A stretch of 64,000 nt of DNA from Octopus vulgaris (Eukaryota), in NCBI GenBank assembly GCA_951406725.2, contig OX597843.1:3348001-3412000 (forward strand), written 5' to 3'. The position numbers and the translations under genes are program-made. How positions within the stretch are numbered: position 1 is the first letter of the stretch; each line of letters begins with the position of its first letter. Positions 38,431-50,944 of this stretch are shown in pieces. Under the pieces are notes generated by a model. The model had not been told where the DNA came from. It saw nothing but the letters and a program-made list of their open reading frames with translations, and searched no databases.

Positions 38431-39850
38431 TAGTTTCAACAGTGGCGCTCAAGGTTGGATTGATCCACAAAACCTTTCTAGTCCTACAGGCTTTTATTCC
38501 CTTCATTATTGATGTTGGATCTCCTCTGAGAATTCGGTGCTATGCAGAGCGTCATTATATTACGGGCCGAGGTACCTGGATAATTACCAGAAATCCCTGG
38601 CCTGGCAGTGTTTCCGTGCGGCTTTACCTGTTAGCGACAAGCTATCAAGGCACGGAGGTGTCGTCTCGCCGACATGTCCGCGATGCGAGCGGGATAGGGA
38701 AACCGTCTTGCACGCATTCGTGGAGTGCCCGGAGTTATCGGGACTGATTGCTTTTGCCGAACTACTGTTGTCAGTGAATGGAAGAGTACAGCTATCGGCT
38801 GAATCTATTATCAAGTTTGTACCACCTCCCTTCCTCAGCAGGGAAAGGAAGGCTTGTTTTTCCTGCGTAGTAGCCATACTGAAAGAAACAGTATGGAAGA
38901 CGCGTACGAAAGGTATAGTGACAGGTACCTTTGTATCCGGCCAGGAATTCATACTCTCTTTTACTTGTTTCAGTCATTTGACTGCAGCCATGCTGGAGCA
39001 CCGCCTTTAGTCGAGCAAATCGACCCCGGGACTTATTCTTTGTAAGCCCAGTACTTATTCTATCCGTCTCTTTTGCCAAACCGCTAAGTGACGGGGACGT
39101 AAACACACCAGCATCGGTTGTCAAGCAATGCTAGAAGGGACAAACACAGACACACAAACACACATATATATATATACATATATACGACAGGCTTCTTTCA
39201 GTTTCCGTCTACCAAATCCACTCACAAGGCATTGGTCGGCCCCGGGGCTGTAACAGAAGACACTTGCCCAAGATGTCACGCAGTGGGGCTGAACCCGGAA
39301 CCATGTGGTTGGTAAACAAGCTACTTACCACACAGCCACTCCTGTGCCTATTTATATATATATACGACAGGCTTCTTTCAGTTTCCGTCTACCAAATCCA
39401 CTCACAAGGCTTTGGTCGGCCCCGAGGGCTATAGCAGAAGACACTTGCCCAAGATGCCACGCAGTGAGACTGAACCCGGAACCATGTGGCTGGTTAGCAA
39501 GCTACTTACCACACAGCCACTTTTTTAGTTACCACCTTGGTTGTAAGATCAGGCTGGAGAAGAGGTGTCTGTCACGAGATATGTTTGTGAAAAGACGGAA
39601 ATCTGTGGCTTGCAAGCTGGGTATATTTGGCACCAGGTAAGTGTGGCCGGATCAAGAATTAAAGGTTCTACCCAGATGACTGGGTTCCATGCCCTACTAT
39701 GTAAAAATCATATTGTAACCTTTATATTGTAAATATTGTACACATTATATTGTAAGTACTAAAACGTTTTAAGCTACTACACCCTATATGTTTGTCTGTA
39801 TTTGTATGTCCCCTCTATGTAATGCCTTGATGGCGAATTTTCATGAAATA
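38430..39850 (+). mobile_element. Tx1/L1-clade LINE ORF2 C-terminus (zf-RVT) and 3' UTR, interrupted by a minus-strand double-headed SINE (~38950-39520)
   Basis: LDNYQKSLAWQCFRAALPVSDKLSRHG...CPRCERDRETVLHAFVECP...KETVWKTR. It resumes after the SINE as FFSYHLGCKIRLEKRCLSRDMFVKRRK. A related fragment is at 63150-63300. Confidence 0.85.
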
Positions 39851-40540
39851 AAGTAGCTTGTCTACCAACCACACGGTGCCGGGTTCAGTCCCACTGCGTG
39901 GCACCTTGGGCAATTGTCTTCTACTATAGCCTCAGGCTGACCAAAGCCTTGTGAGTGGATTTTGTAGACGGAAACTGAAAGAAGCCTGTCGTATATATGT
40001 ATATATATAGGCGTAGGAGCGGCTGTGTGGTAAGTAGCTTGCTAACCAACCACGTGGTTCCAGGTTCAGTCCCACTGCGTGGCATCTTGGGCAAGTGTCT
40101 TCTGCTATAGCCTCGGGCCGACCAAAGCCTTGTGAGTGGATTTGGTAGACGGAAACTGAAAGAAGCCTGTCGTATATATGTATATATATATAGGCGTAGG
40201 AGTGGCTGTGTGGTAAGTAGCTTGCTTATGAACCACATGGTTCCGAGTTCAGTCCCACTGCATGGCATCTTCGGCAAGTGTCTTCTGCTATAGACCCGGG
40301 CCGACCAAAGCCTTGTGAGTGGATTTGGTGGACGGAAACTGAAAGAAGCCCATCGTATATATATATATAGGCGTATGAGTGGCTGTGTGGTAAGTAGCTT
40401 GCTTATGAACCACATGGTTCCGAGTTCAGTTCCACTGCGTGGCACTTTGGACAAGTGTCTTCTGCTATAGCCTCGGGCCGACCAAAGCCTTGTGAGTGGA
40501 TTTGGTGGACGGAAACTGAAAGAAGCCTGTCGTATATATG

Positions 40541-40585
<45 letters not shown>

Positions 40586-40866
40586 AATTTAATAAATAAA
40601 ATATATGCATACATACATATATGTACGTACCTACATCTACATGTATATATACATGCATATATAAATATATATACGTGAGTACAGGACACCACAAATAGAC
40701 GTTGAACTCAACGAGAAACGAAAACGTATATATATATATATGTGTGTGTTTGTGTTTCCCCCCCCCCCCCAACATCGTTTGACAACTGATGCTGGTGTGT
40801 TTAAATCCAACTAACATAACGGTTCAGCAAAAGAGACCAATAAAATAAGTACTAGGCTTACAAAGA
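39851..40866 (+). mobile_element. SINE with four tandem heads
   Basis: Heads at ~39851 (truncated), 40009, 40193 and 40369; the tail follows (TA)n. It explains the spurious ORF 39924-40817. Confidence 0.88.
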
Positions 40867-41119
40867 AACAAAATAAATAATTTTATTACACAAAGTAAGG
40901 ATCGACTAGTCATGACTAACTAGCGCGAGTGCGCGCACCGGGACCGCTGTTCTCAAGTAGTACCGGTTAAATCAGTGTTTCTCAAAGGGGGAGGCCTATG
41001 GGACGGTCGGACAAGTTGTTTTGAGAAAATTTGGTTTAAATGTTTGACGACTCAGCACCGTCCATTGGACAGGGTGGGGCATTTTGGTCGTAAATACATA
41101 AAAGCAGGACTCCATACTG

Positions 41120-42196
41120 TCACGGAGGTCACGAAGATATCCGAAGTGAATTGTCGAGTTGACACGGAAACAACCGAAGTCTTGTTATATAGTTTTGCCG
41201 AGTTAAAACGAAGGGAAGCCAAAACTTGAATTAAATAAAAGAAATTGCAATAAGGTAGGATTTTTGGGAGAGAATAATAATAATAAAAGATACAATAAAT
41301 AAATAAACTAAAACGAGTAGCTTCGTTGGCTCACGGAGGTCACGAAGATATCCGAAGTGAACTGTGGACTCGACACGGAAATAACCGAGGTCTTGTTATG
41401 TAGTTTTGCAGAATTAAAACGAAGGAAAGCCCAAACTTGAATAAATAAAAGAAATTGCAAAAAGGTAAGATTTTTGAAGATATCCGAAGTGAACTGTTGA
41501 GTTGACACGGAAGTAACCGAGGTCTTGTTATATAGTTTTGCCGAATTAAAACGAAGGAAGACCTAGACTTGGAATAAATGAAAGAAATTGCAATAAGGTA
41601 AGATTTTTGGGAGAGAATAATAATAATAATAATAATAAAAGATACAATAAATTAAATTAAATTAATAAATAAATAAGCTAAAACGAGTCGCTTCGTTGGC
41701 TCAGGGAGGTCACGAAGATATCCGAAGTAAACTGTGGAGTTGACACGGAAACAACCGAGGTCTTGTTAAAAGTTTTGCCGAGTTAAAACGAAGGAAGGCC
41801 CAAACTTCTAAATATATAAAAGAAATTGCAATAAGGCACGATTTTTGAGAGAGAATAATAATAATAATAATAATAAAAGATACAATAAATAAATAAAATT
41901 AAATTGATAAATTCACGAAGATATCCGAAGTGAACTGTGGAGTCGACACGGAAATAACCGAGGTCTTGTTATATAGTTTGGATCTTTTCCTTTTGATGGA
42001 CGGAATTTTCTAGTTAATTTGAAATAAACTGAAACGAGTAGTTTCATAGGGTCACGAAGATATCCGAAGTGAACTGTGGTGTTGACACGGAAACAACCGA
42101 GGTCTTGTTATATAGTTTTGCCGAATTAAAACGAAAGAAGGCCCAAACTTCTAAATATATAAAAGAAATTGCAATAAGGCACGATTTTTGAGAGAG

Positions 42197-42227
<31 letters not shown>

Positions 42228-43232
42228 GATACAATAAATAAATAAAATTAAATTTATAAATTCACGAAGATATCCGAAGTAAACTGTGGAAACGGAAATA
42301 ACCGAGGTCTTGTTATATAGTTTGGATCTTTTCCTTTTGATGGACGTTTTCTAGTTAATTTGAAATAAACTGAAACGGTAGTTTCATAGGGTCACGAAGA
42401 TATCCGAAGTGAACTGTGGAGTTGACACGGAAACAACCGAGGTCTTGTTATATAGTTTTGCCGAATTAAAACGAAAGAAGGCCCAAACTTCTAAATATAT
42501 AAAAGAAATTGCAATAAGGCACGATTTTTGGGAGAGAATAATTATAATAATAAAAGATACAATAAATAAATTATTTATAATGAATAAATTGAATAAATAA
42601 ACTAAAACGAGTAGCTTCGTTGGCTCACGGAGGTCACGAAGATATCCGAAGTGAACTGTGGAGTTGACACGGAAACAATCAATGTCTTGTTATATAGTTT
42701 TTGCCGAATTAAAACAAAACTTCTAAATATATAAAAGAAATTGCAATAAGGCACGATTTTTGGGAAAGAATAATAATAATAATAATAATAAAAGATACAA
42801 TAAATAAATAAAATAAAATTAATAAATAAACTAAAACGAGTAGCTTCGTTGGCTCACGAAGATATCCGAAGTGAACTGTGGAGTCGATACGGAAATAACC
42901 GAGGTCTTGTTATGTAGTTTTGTCAAGTTAAAACGAAGGAAAGCCCAAACTTGAATAAATAAAAGAAATTGCAATAAGGTAAGATTTTTGGGAGAGAATA
43001 ATAATAATAAAAGATACAATAAATAAATTAAATTAAATAAATAAACTAAAACGAGTAGCTTCGTTGAAAACTTCTTCCTTCTTTGGTGACGAAGATATCC
43101 GAAGTGAACTGTGGAGTCGACACGGAAACAACCGAGGTCTTGTTATATAGTTTTGCCGAGTTAAAACGAAGGAAGGCCCAAACTTCTAAATATATAAAAG
43201 AAATTGCAATAAGGCACGATTTTTGGGGGGAG

Positions 43233-43263
<31 letters not shown>

Positions 43264-43340
43264 GATACAATAAATAAATAAAAATAGATTAATAAATTAA
43301 ATAAATAAATAAATAATCTAAAACGAGTAATTTCATTGGC
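41120..43340. repeat. Irregular ~200-bp tandem repeat with variable (AAT)n spacer
   Basis: Core gtcacgaagatatccgaagtgaactgtggagttgacacggaaacaaccgaggtcttgttatatagttttgcc recurs about a dozen times. Confidence 0.9.
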
Positions 43341-43514
43341 TGAAAGTAAATTGACCACGCCTTCTTCTTGAGCCGGATATAAATAGTTGAGATAATTTAT
43401 TCATTATTGCAGATTTGAAGTTCAGACATGTTTGAAAAGTTCTTCCTTGAGGTAATGCAAAGAATTCTTTCCTTTGAAATCTTATAATTTCGTTGTGGAA
43501 CTGGAAACAGAATG

Positions 43515-43683
43515 TATATATCTATCTATGTATGTATATATGAATGTATGTGTGTATATATATATATATTGTTATTTTTATAATGGGGCAGTTTTGGGCA
43601 CCCCAGCATAATGCAGGCACACGAATACATTCGTTAATATATATCAATATACAGTTGTGTGCATATATATATATACACTGTAT

Positions 43684-43715
<32 letters not shown>

Positions 43716-43725
43716 CACACTGTAT

Positions 43726-43759
<34 letters not shown>

Positions 43760-43806
43760 CACACTGTATATAGTGTGTGTGTATATATATATATACACTG
43801 TATATA

Positions 43807-43837
<31 letters not shown>

Positions 43838-44172
43838 CACACTGTATATACAGTGTGTGTATATATATATATATTATATATACACACACTGTATATAGTG
43901 TATGTGTGTATATATATATATATATATACACACACTGTATATAGTGTATGTGTGTATATATATATATACACACTGTATATAGTGTATGTGTGTGTATATA
44001 TATATATACACACTGTATATAGTGTGTGTGTGTATATATATATATATACACTGTATATAGTGTGTGTGTATATATATATATACACACTATATAGTGTGTA
44101 TATATATATATAGTGTATGTATATACACTACGTATATAGTGTATATATACACTGTATATATATATATATACT
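43515..44172. repeat. Quasi-palindromic compound microsatellite (TA)n-CACAC-TGTATATA-GTGTG-(TA)n
   Basis: Seen directly. Confidence 0.95.
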
Positions 44173-44579
44173 ATTTATTTATTATTTCGTACTTTATTTA
44201 GTTGTAGGTAAACGTTTCATCGTATCTTTGATTGCTTTTCTTATCTGTATGGTATGATTCAATTATTCATTGTTGGACTGCCACGTGGCGGTTCCTCCCC
44301 AATTTATTAAACACCTGTTCAAGGTGACCCTTTCCCAGAATTATGTCGATCCTATAACAAAAGTTTCGTACAAATTCGGTTGAAAGTAATTAGAAGAAGG
44401 TAGATCTATGTTTTAATAGTATGATTAGGGGTGGGTACCAAAAGCAGGTAGGGGGGTTATTTTTTATTTAATTAGCTTTAAAAAGTAATTAATTACTTTG
44501 TTTAATTAAATAGGTGGGCGTGGTAGGATCCACTAGTCACGACTAGCTAGCTAGCTAGCGTGGAAATTTTTTTTTTTTG

Positions 44580-44930
44580 CACAGGAGTGGCTGTGTGGTA
44601 AGTAGCTTGCTAACCAACCACATGGTTCCGGGTTCAGTCCCACTGCGTGGCATCTTGGGGCAAGTGTCTTCTGCTATAGCCCCGGGCCGATCAATGCCTT
44701 GTGAGTGGATTTGGTAGACGGAAACTGAAAGAAGCCCGTCGTATATATGTATACATATATATATGCGTGTGTGTGTCTGGTGTGTTTGTCCCCGTCACTT
44801 AGCGGTTCGGCAAAAGGATCGATAGAATAAGTACTGAGCTACAAAAGAATAAGTCCCGGGGTCGAGTTGCTCGATTAAAGGCGGTGCTCCAGCATGGCCG
44901 CAGTCAAATGACTGAAACAAGTAAACGAGA
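44580..44930 (+). mobile_element. tRNA-derived SINE
   Basis: Same family as 32944-33322. Confidence 0.88.
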
Positions 44931-45008
44931 AAGTAAATATTTTTTTTAAAACGAAGTAAATAAAACACAACGTAATTTTTTCTAAAAAATAAAGTAAATA
45001 AATTTTTT

Positions 45009-46261
45009 GGTACTACTTCAGAAGAGTGGTCCCGGTGCGCGCACTCGCGTATTGGCGCTAGCTAGTCGTGACTAGTCGATCTTACAACGACTACCTAGCG
45101 AAGTAAATAAAACACAAAATAAATAATTTTTTTTAAAAACAAAGTAAATAAAACACAAAAACACAAAGTAAGGATCGACTAGTCACGACTAGCTTGCATG
45201 ATAGTTTTTTTACACAAAGTAATTGCTAGCTAGTCGTAAGTAGTCGATCTTACGACGACTACCTAGCAAGGTAACTAAAAGATAAAATAAGTAATTTTTG
45301 TTAAATTTCGGTTTGAACGGCAGTTTTTTAAAATAATTTCCACGTAACTAAACACTTTTAAACTTTGTATTCTGGTAGAATGTGTTTATAAAACATCTTT
45401 TTCTCTTGGCTTTATTGAGAAAATTCTATAGTTTGTAAGATATTTGTTGTTTTTTTCTTCAATTTCTGCAATTTCAACCAATCAATGACGTCTATTGAGG
45501 TAAAAAAAAATCATTCTGTGTCGTATGAATATATCCCTCGTTTAAGAAACAGGTTGGGTTTATTTACATTTGTGAAGAAAAAAAGATATCCTTCCCCCAC
45601 CCCTAACCCTAAAAGAGATTGAAATGCAATAGATCGATACTAGGGTCATAATTATGGGTGACAATTTCATATGACACCGCTAGAAAAAACTGCCATTTTT
45701 TCTAGCAGTGTCATGAAATTGTCACCCATAATTATGACCCTAGTATCGATCTATTGCATTTCAATCTGTTTTAGGGTTAGGGGATCTTTTCAGTTTGAAC
45801 AGCAGTTTTTTTTAGCGGTGTCATATGAAATTGTTACCCATAATTATGACCCTAGTATCGATCTATTGCATTTCAATCTGTTTTAGGGTTAGAGGTGGGA
45901 GGGAAGGGTATTTTTTTTTCTTCACAAATGTAAATAAACCCAATCTGTTTCTTAAACGAGGGACATATTCATACGGCACCGAATGTTTTTTTACATCAAT
46001 AGACGTCATTGATTGGTTGAAATTGCCGAAATGCAAGAAATTAAACAACAAATATCTTACAAACCATAGAATTTTCTCAATAAAGCCAAGAGAAAAAAGA
46101 TGTTTTATAAACACATTCTACCAGTATACGAAGTTTAAGATTTTTTAAACTAAGTAAATAAATTATTTTTATAAACAAAGGTTAGGGTTAAAAAGACGTT
46201 GTAGGATCGACTACTTACGACTGGCTAGCTCGCACCGGGACCACTGTTCGCTTGTAGTACC
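45009..46261. mobile_element. Non-autonomous TIR element (GGTACTAC...GTAGTACC) containing nested inverted MITE copies
   Basis: Left end ggtactacttcagaagagtggtcccggtgcg; right end cgcaccgggaccactgttcgcttgtagtacc. Another right end lies at ~40895-40964. Internal inverted arms at ~45355-45690 and ~45800-46140. Confidence 0.7.
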
Positions 46262-46449
46262 CTGTATATTGTTGTTTGCTTCTCTTTATAAATTTCTTCA
46301 GAGCTATTTTTACATTCTTTCTTCATATCTTTTATTCAAAAAGCATGGATTTTGACAATGGTGACATCGAAGGTGCCGAAAACATTATCAAGAAAAATAA
46401 AGATGAGGTAAGTTGTTCTTTGAATTGCCTTGACTATTTATTATTTTAT

Positions 46450-46920
46450 ATCATCATCGTCATCATCATCGTTTAACGTCTGTTTTCCATGCTGGCATGG
46501 GTCGGAGGGTTTGACTGAGGTGTGGTGAACCAGATGGCTGCACCAGGCTTCAATCTTGATCTGGCAATGGTTCTACACCTGGATGCCTTTCCTAATGCCA
46601 ACCACTCTGAGAGTGTAGTGGGTGCTTTTTACATGCCACCAGCATGGTGCCAGGGGAGGCTGGCAACGGCCACGATCAGTTGGTGTTATTTACGTGCCAC
46701 CGGCACAGGAGCCAGTCGGGGCGAGCTGGTAGAATCGTTACCACGTCGGGTGAAACGCTTTGTGACATTTCGTCCGCCGCTGCGTTCTAAGTTCAAATTC
46801 CACCGAGGTCGACTTTACCTTTCATCCTTTTGGGGTCGATAAATTAAGTACCAGTTACGCACTGGGGTCGATGTAATCGATTTAATCCCTTTGTCTGTTT
46901 ATTGTGGGCAATAAAGAAAT
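46450..46920. mobile_element. (CAT)n-tailed SINE (minus) joined to a Deu/Nin-domain-like SINE (plus)
   Basis: catcatcgtttaacgtc... followed by ggcgagctggtagaatcgtta...ctttcatccttttggggtcgataaattaagtaccag. Confidence 0.75.
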
Positions 46921-47046
46921 ATATATACATATACAGATAGAGAGAGAGCTTTCTTAGGGGGAGATCAATCAGTGTCTCTTTCATATCCCATTTTTTTTCA
47001 CTCATGCATCTTCCTTACTCTGTCTGTCTGTCGCTCTTTCCTTTAA

Positions 47047-48133
47047 CCCTTTCGATACCAAACTGCCCGAAGCCGCCCGAAAAAAATTTTGGTCAATGTG
47101 ACAAAACCCGCCCGAATTTACCTATTCATATTTAAATAAGAATATCAGAGCAAATCTCTTTAGTATATTCGTGAAAACACGTATTATACTTCGTAAACAG
47201 TTCAACTACAGTTTTGTACAAAGATCGACGTGTAATTTTAATTCCCTGAATTTTGGGAGATTTTTTCTCGGCATCGATTTTTCTTCAACTTTGAAAATAG
47301 ATAGGAGTTTCGTGTTATCAAGCATTGATTCCGAATTGGAAAATTTGTGAAACAAATACTGGGTACTGTTGTGGATTTAGTTTTTGTACAGGGAAACTAA
47401 TGTTAGTCAGCATGGCTTAGGGTATGATGTGGTCTGGAAGTTATTGTTTGAAGCGATCAATGCAGAAACAAACTTACGCAGAAAGTAAACAAACACAAAA
47501 TGGGGGTTCAAATTTCGGAAAAATTGTGAAGCAAATACTGGGTACTGCGTGGATTTAGTTTTTATACAGGGAAAATAATGTTAGCCAGCATAGCCTAGGG
47601 AACGATGTGGTCTGGAATTTATCACTTCCATACCATAACCAGGGCCGTATATTATTTTTTGACCGATTTCTTTAGTTCGGTCAAACTTACGGTGGATTCC
47701 AATATTTCAGTTTATTCCACCTTTATGGTACACCTGTTGTGCATTAAATTCAACTGATGATCTAGTGATGTGCACAATTCTTCTTTATCAAAATTTTGTT
47801 GCATACCCATTTGAATATTAGCTGATGATTCATTTTCTATAGTGATGTTTAAACAAAATTTTAATATTTTTACCTTTTGCTCATTTTAAAATTTTAATAT
47901 TTTTTACCTTTTGCTCAATTTACCTGTAATTAAAGTCACTTTGAGACAAAAGTTATGCAATAGAATTGATTAAGAACCCTTTCTTTAATTATGTTCCAAA
48001 TATCACATTAATATGTTGATAAGTAAAAGTGTTACAGTTATTTAATGAAACAAGCCTAGATTCATGATTATTTTAGAATTTAATTGAAACTCATGAGGGG
48101 TGTATTTTGGTCAGAAATATAGTAACGAAAGGG
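47047..48133. mobile_element. piggyBac-like non-autonomous element in an intron of the MIB2-like pseudogene
   Basis: TTAA|ccctttcgatac ... gtaacgaaaggg|TTAA: TIRs with a TTAA target duplication. Confidence 0.8.
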
Positions 48134-48414
48134 TTAATACATTCTAAATACCTTCACTTTCTTCACTTCAGATTAACCAAACAGGTTCTTTTGGTGAAAT
48201 GTACCTCATTGCTGCTTGTAAACCGGGCAATACAGTTGTAATAAATTGGTTAATTGATGCCGGAACCGATTTGGACACAAGAGACATCTTTGGTCACACA
48301 GCTTTACATTACTATGTGATTGGGTAAGTCCAGAACTAATTAAAATCTTGGATCTTTTCCGTTTGAGCGGCAGATTTTTAACATAATTTCTAGGTAGCTA
48401 AACACTTTTAAAAG

Positions 48415-48728
48415 ACTTATTCTTTGTAAGCCTAGTACTTATTCTATCGGTCTATTTTGCTGAACCGCTAAGTGACGGGGACATAAACACACCAGCATCG
48501 GTTGTCAAGCAATGCTAGGAGGACAGACACAGACACACATGCATACATATATATACATATACATATATACAACGGGCTTCTTTCAGTTTCCGTCTACCAG
48601 ATCCACTCAAGGCTTTGGTCGGCCCGAGGCTATAGTAGAAGATACTTGCCCAAGGTGCCACGCAGTGGGACTGAACCTGGAACCATGTGGTTGGTAAACA
48701 AGCTACTTATCACACACCCACTCCAGCA

Positions 48729-48763
<35 letters not shown>

Positions 48764-48915
48764 GACGGGCTTCTTTCAGTTTCCATCTACCAAATCCACT
48801 CACAAGGTTTTGGTTAGTCCGAGGCTATAGTAGAAGATACTTGCCCAAGGTGCCATGCAGTGGGACTGAACCCAGAACCATGTGGTTGGTAAGCAAGCTA
48901 CTTACCACACAGCCA
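48415..48915 (-). mobile_element. Double-headed tRNA-derived SINE
   Basis: Reverse complement of the main SINE family. Confidence 0.85.
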
Positions 48916-49439
48916 TGCAAATGTGTATAAATGCACTATAAACCTCACTTAATTACCCCCCATTACAAATATTCCACCTGTTTAATTAATCCGATTCTTT
49001 CTTTCCTCAGCCTTTTCTTTTAATTCTTCTCCCAGCCCCTAGAACCATTTCTGATGTTTTTATTGTATTCTTTAGACGAATCCACAAAATTCCGATGGTC
49101 ACGCACTTCTGCCCATGTCCAATTCCTTTGGACACACAGACGCTGTTCACATCTTCTCGAATCACCTCGGCATTGATGTGAATACAGTGGGCAATTCTGG
49201 TAACACACCTCTACATTTTGCAGTTCTAAAGTAAGTCCCTATTTACCTGGAAATCCCAAATCTGTTCCTTCTATGTTTTCAATAATGTTTGTTTTTTATT
49301 GAGTCATTTCTCAGCTTTTTACTCTTGCGTAGCTCTGAAAATAAATGTGTCAAGGAACCCCTGCACAAAAAACATTATATACTATAACTTTCTCAAACTT
49401 TTTCATAGTAGTTCATGTGGTAAATCTCATATATATATA

Positions 49440-50584
49440 TGGGATGAGTGCACTATGGCACACAAAGGCGCACTTGAGGCACTGGACAGGTCCCTGCAAG
49501 ACATCAGAGACTTTACGGCCCTCATGGGAGGATTGACTTTACTTCTTTTAGGAGACTACAGGCAGGCTCTACCTGTTTTTCCAAAAGGAACCCATGCCGA
49601 TGCCGTGCGCGCCTTAAGTTGTCAGCTCTTTGGGCACATGTGCGGCCCTTGCACCTCCAAACTAACGTGCGCGCGCAGTTGATTGGTGACAGCAGATCTG
49701 CTGCATTCTCCAGGGACCTTTTATCGCTCGGTAAAAATATGATGCCGGCTGATGCGGACGGCTGTGTTCAATTGAACTCACTTTGCACCACTGCTAGCCT
49801 CCGGGACGCTGTCTTCCACGACCTACAAAACAATTTACGCGACCTAAAATGGCTGGCAGGCAGAGCTATTCTCGGACCCAAAAATACAACCGTCAACTCC
49901 ATCAATATCCAGCTACTTGAAGCTATTCCTGGTGATGTCCACGTCTACAAATCTATTGATAGGACAGCAGACCCCACCGAGCTTGCCGATTATCCTGTTG
50001 AATTCCTGAATTCACTTGAACCACCAGGCCTGCCGCCACACATCCTGAAGTTAAAAGTCGGTGCGCCCATTATGCTCATCAGGAATTCGGTTCCACCTAA
50101 ACAGTGCAACGGCACACGTCTGGTTGTGAAACATTTGCCACCACATTTAATAACGGCCACAATACCTACCGGTTGTGGGAAGGGAGAGAACTTCTTCATT
50201 CCATGCATGCACCTTCAACCGTCGGGCGCTGACCTACCAATCCACTTCAGGCGTTCTCAGTTTCCTGTTAAACTCTGCTTCGCAATGTCCATCAATAAAT
50301 CTCAAGGCCAAACGCTACAAGTCGCTGGGTTACATTTGGGCGAACAGTGCTTCGCCCATGGTCAACTCTACGTGGGCTGTTCACGCGTTGGGAGGCGCAA
50401 TGATGTTTTCATGTTTTCGCCCAAAGGGACAGCTAGGAACATCGTATACACAGAAGTATTCGAGTGAAGAGAAGACATTGCAACCTACACATGCGCCTTC
50501 GTTCCCTAGAGGGAAAGGACCAGATTGGGATTGGTTGTTGCCTACTAGGGGCTCTTACATACCCGGGCCGGGCTATGCTGCTAG
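49440..50584 (+). mobile_element. 5'-truncated Helitron: PIF1-like helicase C-terminal part and 3' CTAG end
   Basis: WDECTMAHKGALEALDRSLQDIR, GDYRQALPV, PPHILKLKVGAPIMLIRN, CNGTRL, FAMSINKSQGQTL, HGQLYVGCSRV. One frameshift near 49620. A GC-rich stem precedes CTAG at 50581-50584. Confidence 0.93.
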
Positions 50585-50944
50585 TATATATATAAATGGC
50601 AAAATGTCTGTGTGTGTCCTTTATACAAATCCACAATTTCTCAGTTAGAGGGCTCGCACTTTCTTTGGTCATTCAAAACCGTCCAAGGGTGGTCATGCAC
50701 ATCTTTACATTTCCCCAGTCACCCCGCAAAGCCATTAAAAAATCAATAGAAGTGACTTTTTTTGTGAATTATCTATCCAAAACCCAATCAAAATGCCTGA
50801 AACTTGATACGCTAATTGAATGCCAGCTAGTTGTATGTGATTGGTCGGAGATTTGGACAGTACTCGCGTGTATGTGCGCACACACGCAACTGTATATGCA
50901 TGCTCTAGCACTATGACCCGGCGTTGTCGGGTCATAGTGCTAGT
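50585..50944 (+). mobile_element. Non-autonomous Helitron; a second copy lies on the minus strand at ~57875-58212
   Basis: TATATA start; terminal hairpin ctagcactatgacccggc-gtt-gtcgggtcatagtgctag. Confidence 0.75.

Noticed and set aside
39924-40817. 297-aa ORF and similar RRHLPK/TTQPLL ORFs
   Set aside because: These are translations of tandem SINE heads and (TA)n tracts.
40950-40965. CRESS replication origin (agtagtacc)
   Set aside because: It does not match NANTATTAC in a stem-loop and is better explained as a TIR end, also seen at 45009 and 46261.
45599-45612. Telomeric ccctaaccctaa
   Set aside because: Only two units, and they are part of the MITE sequence.
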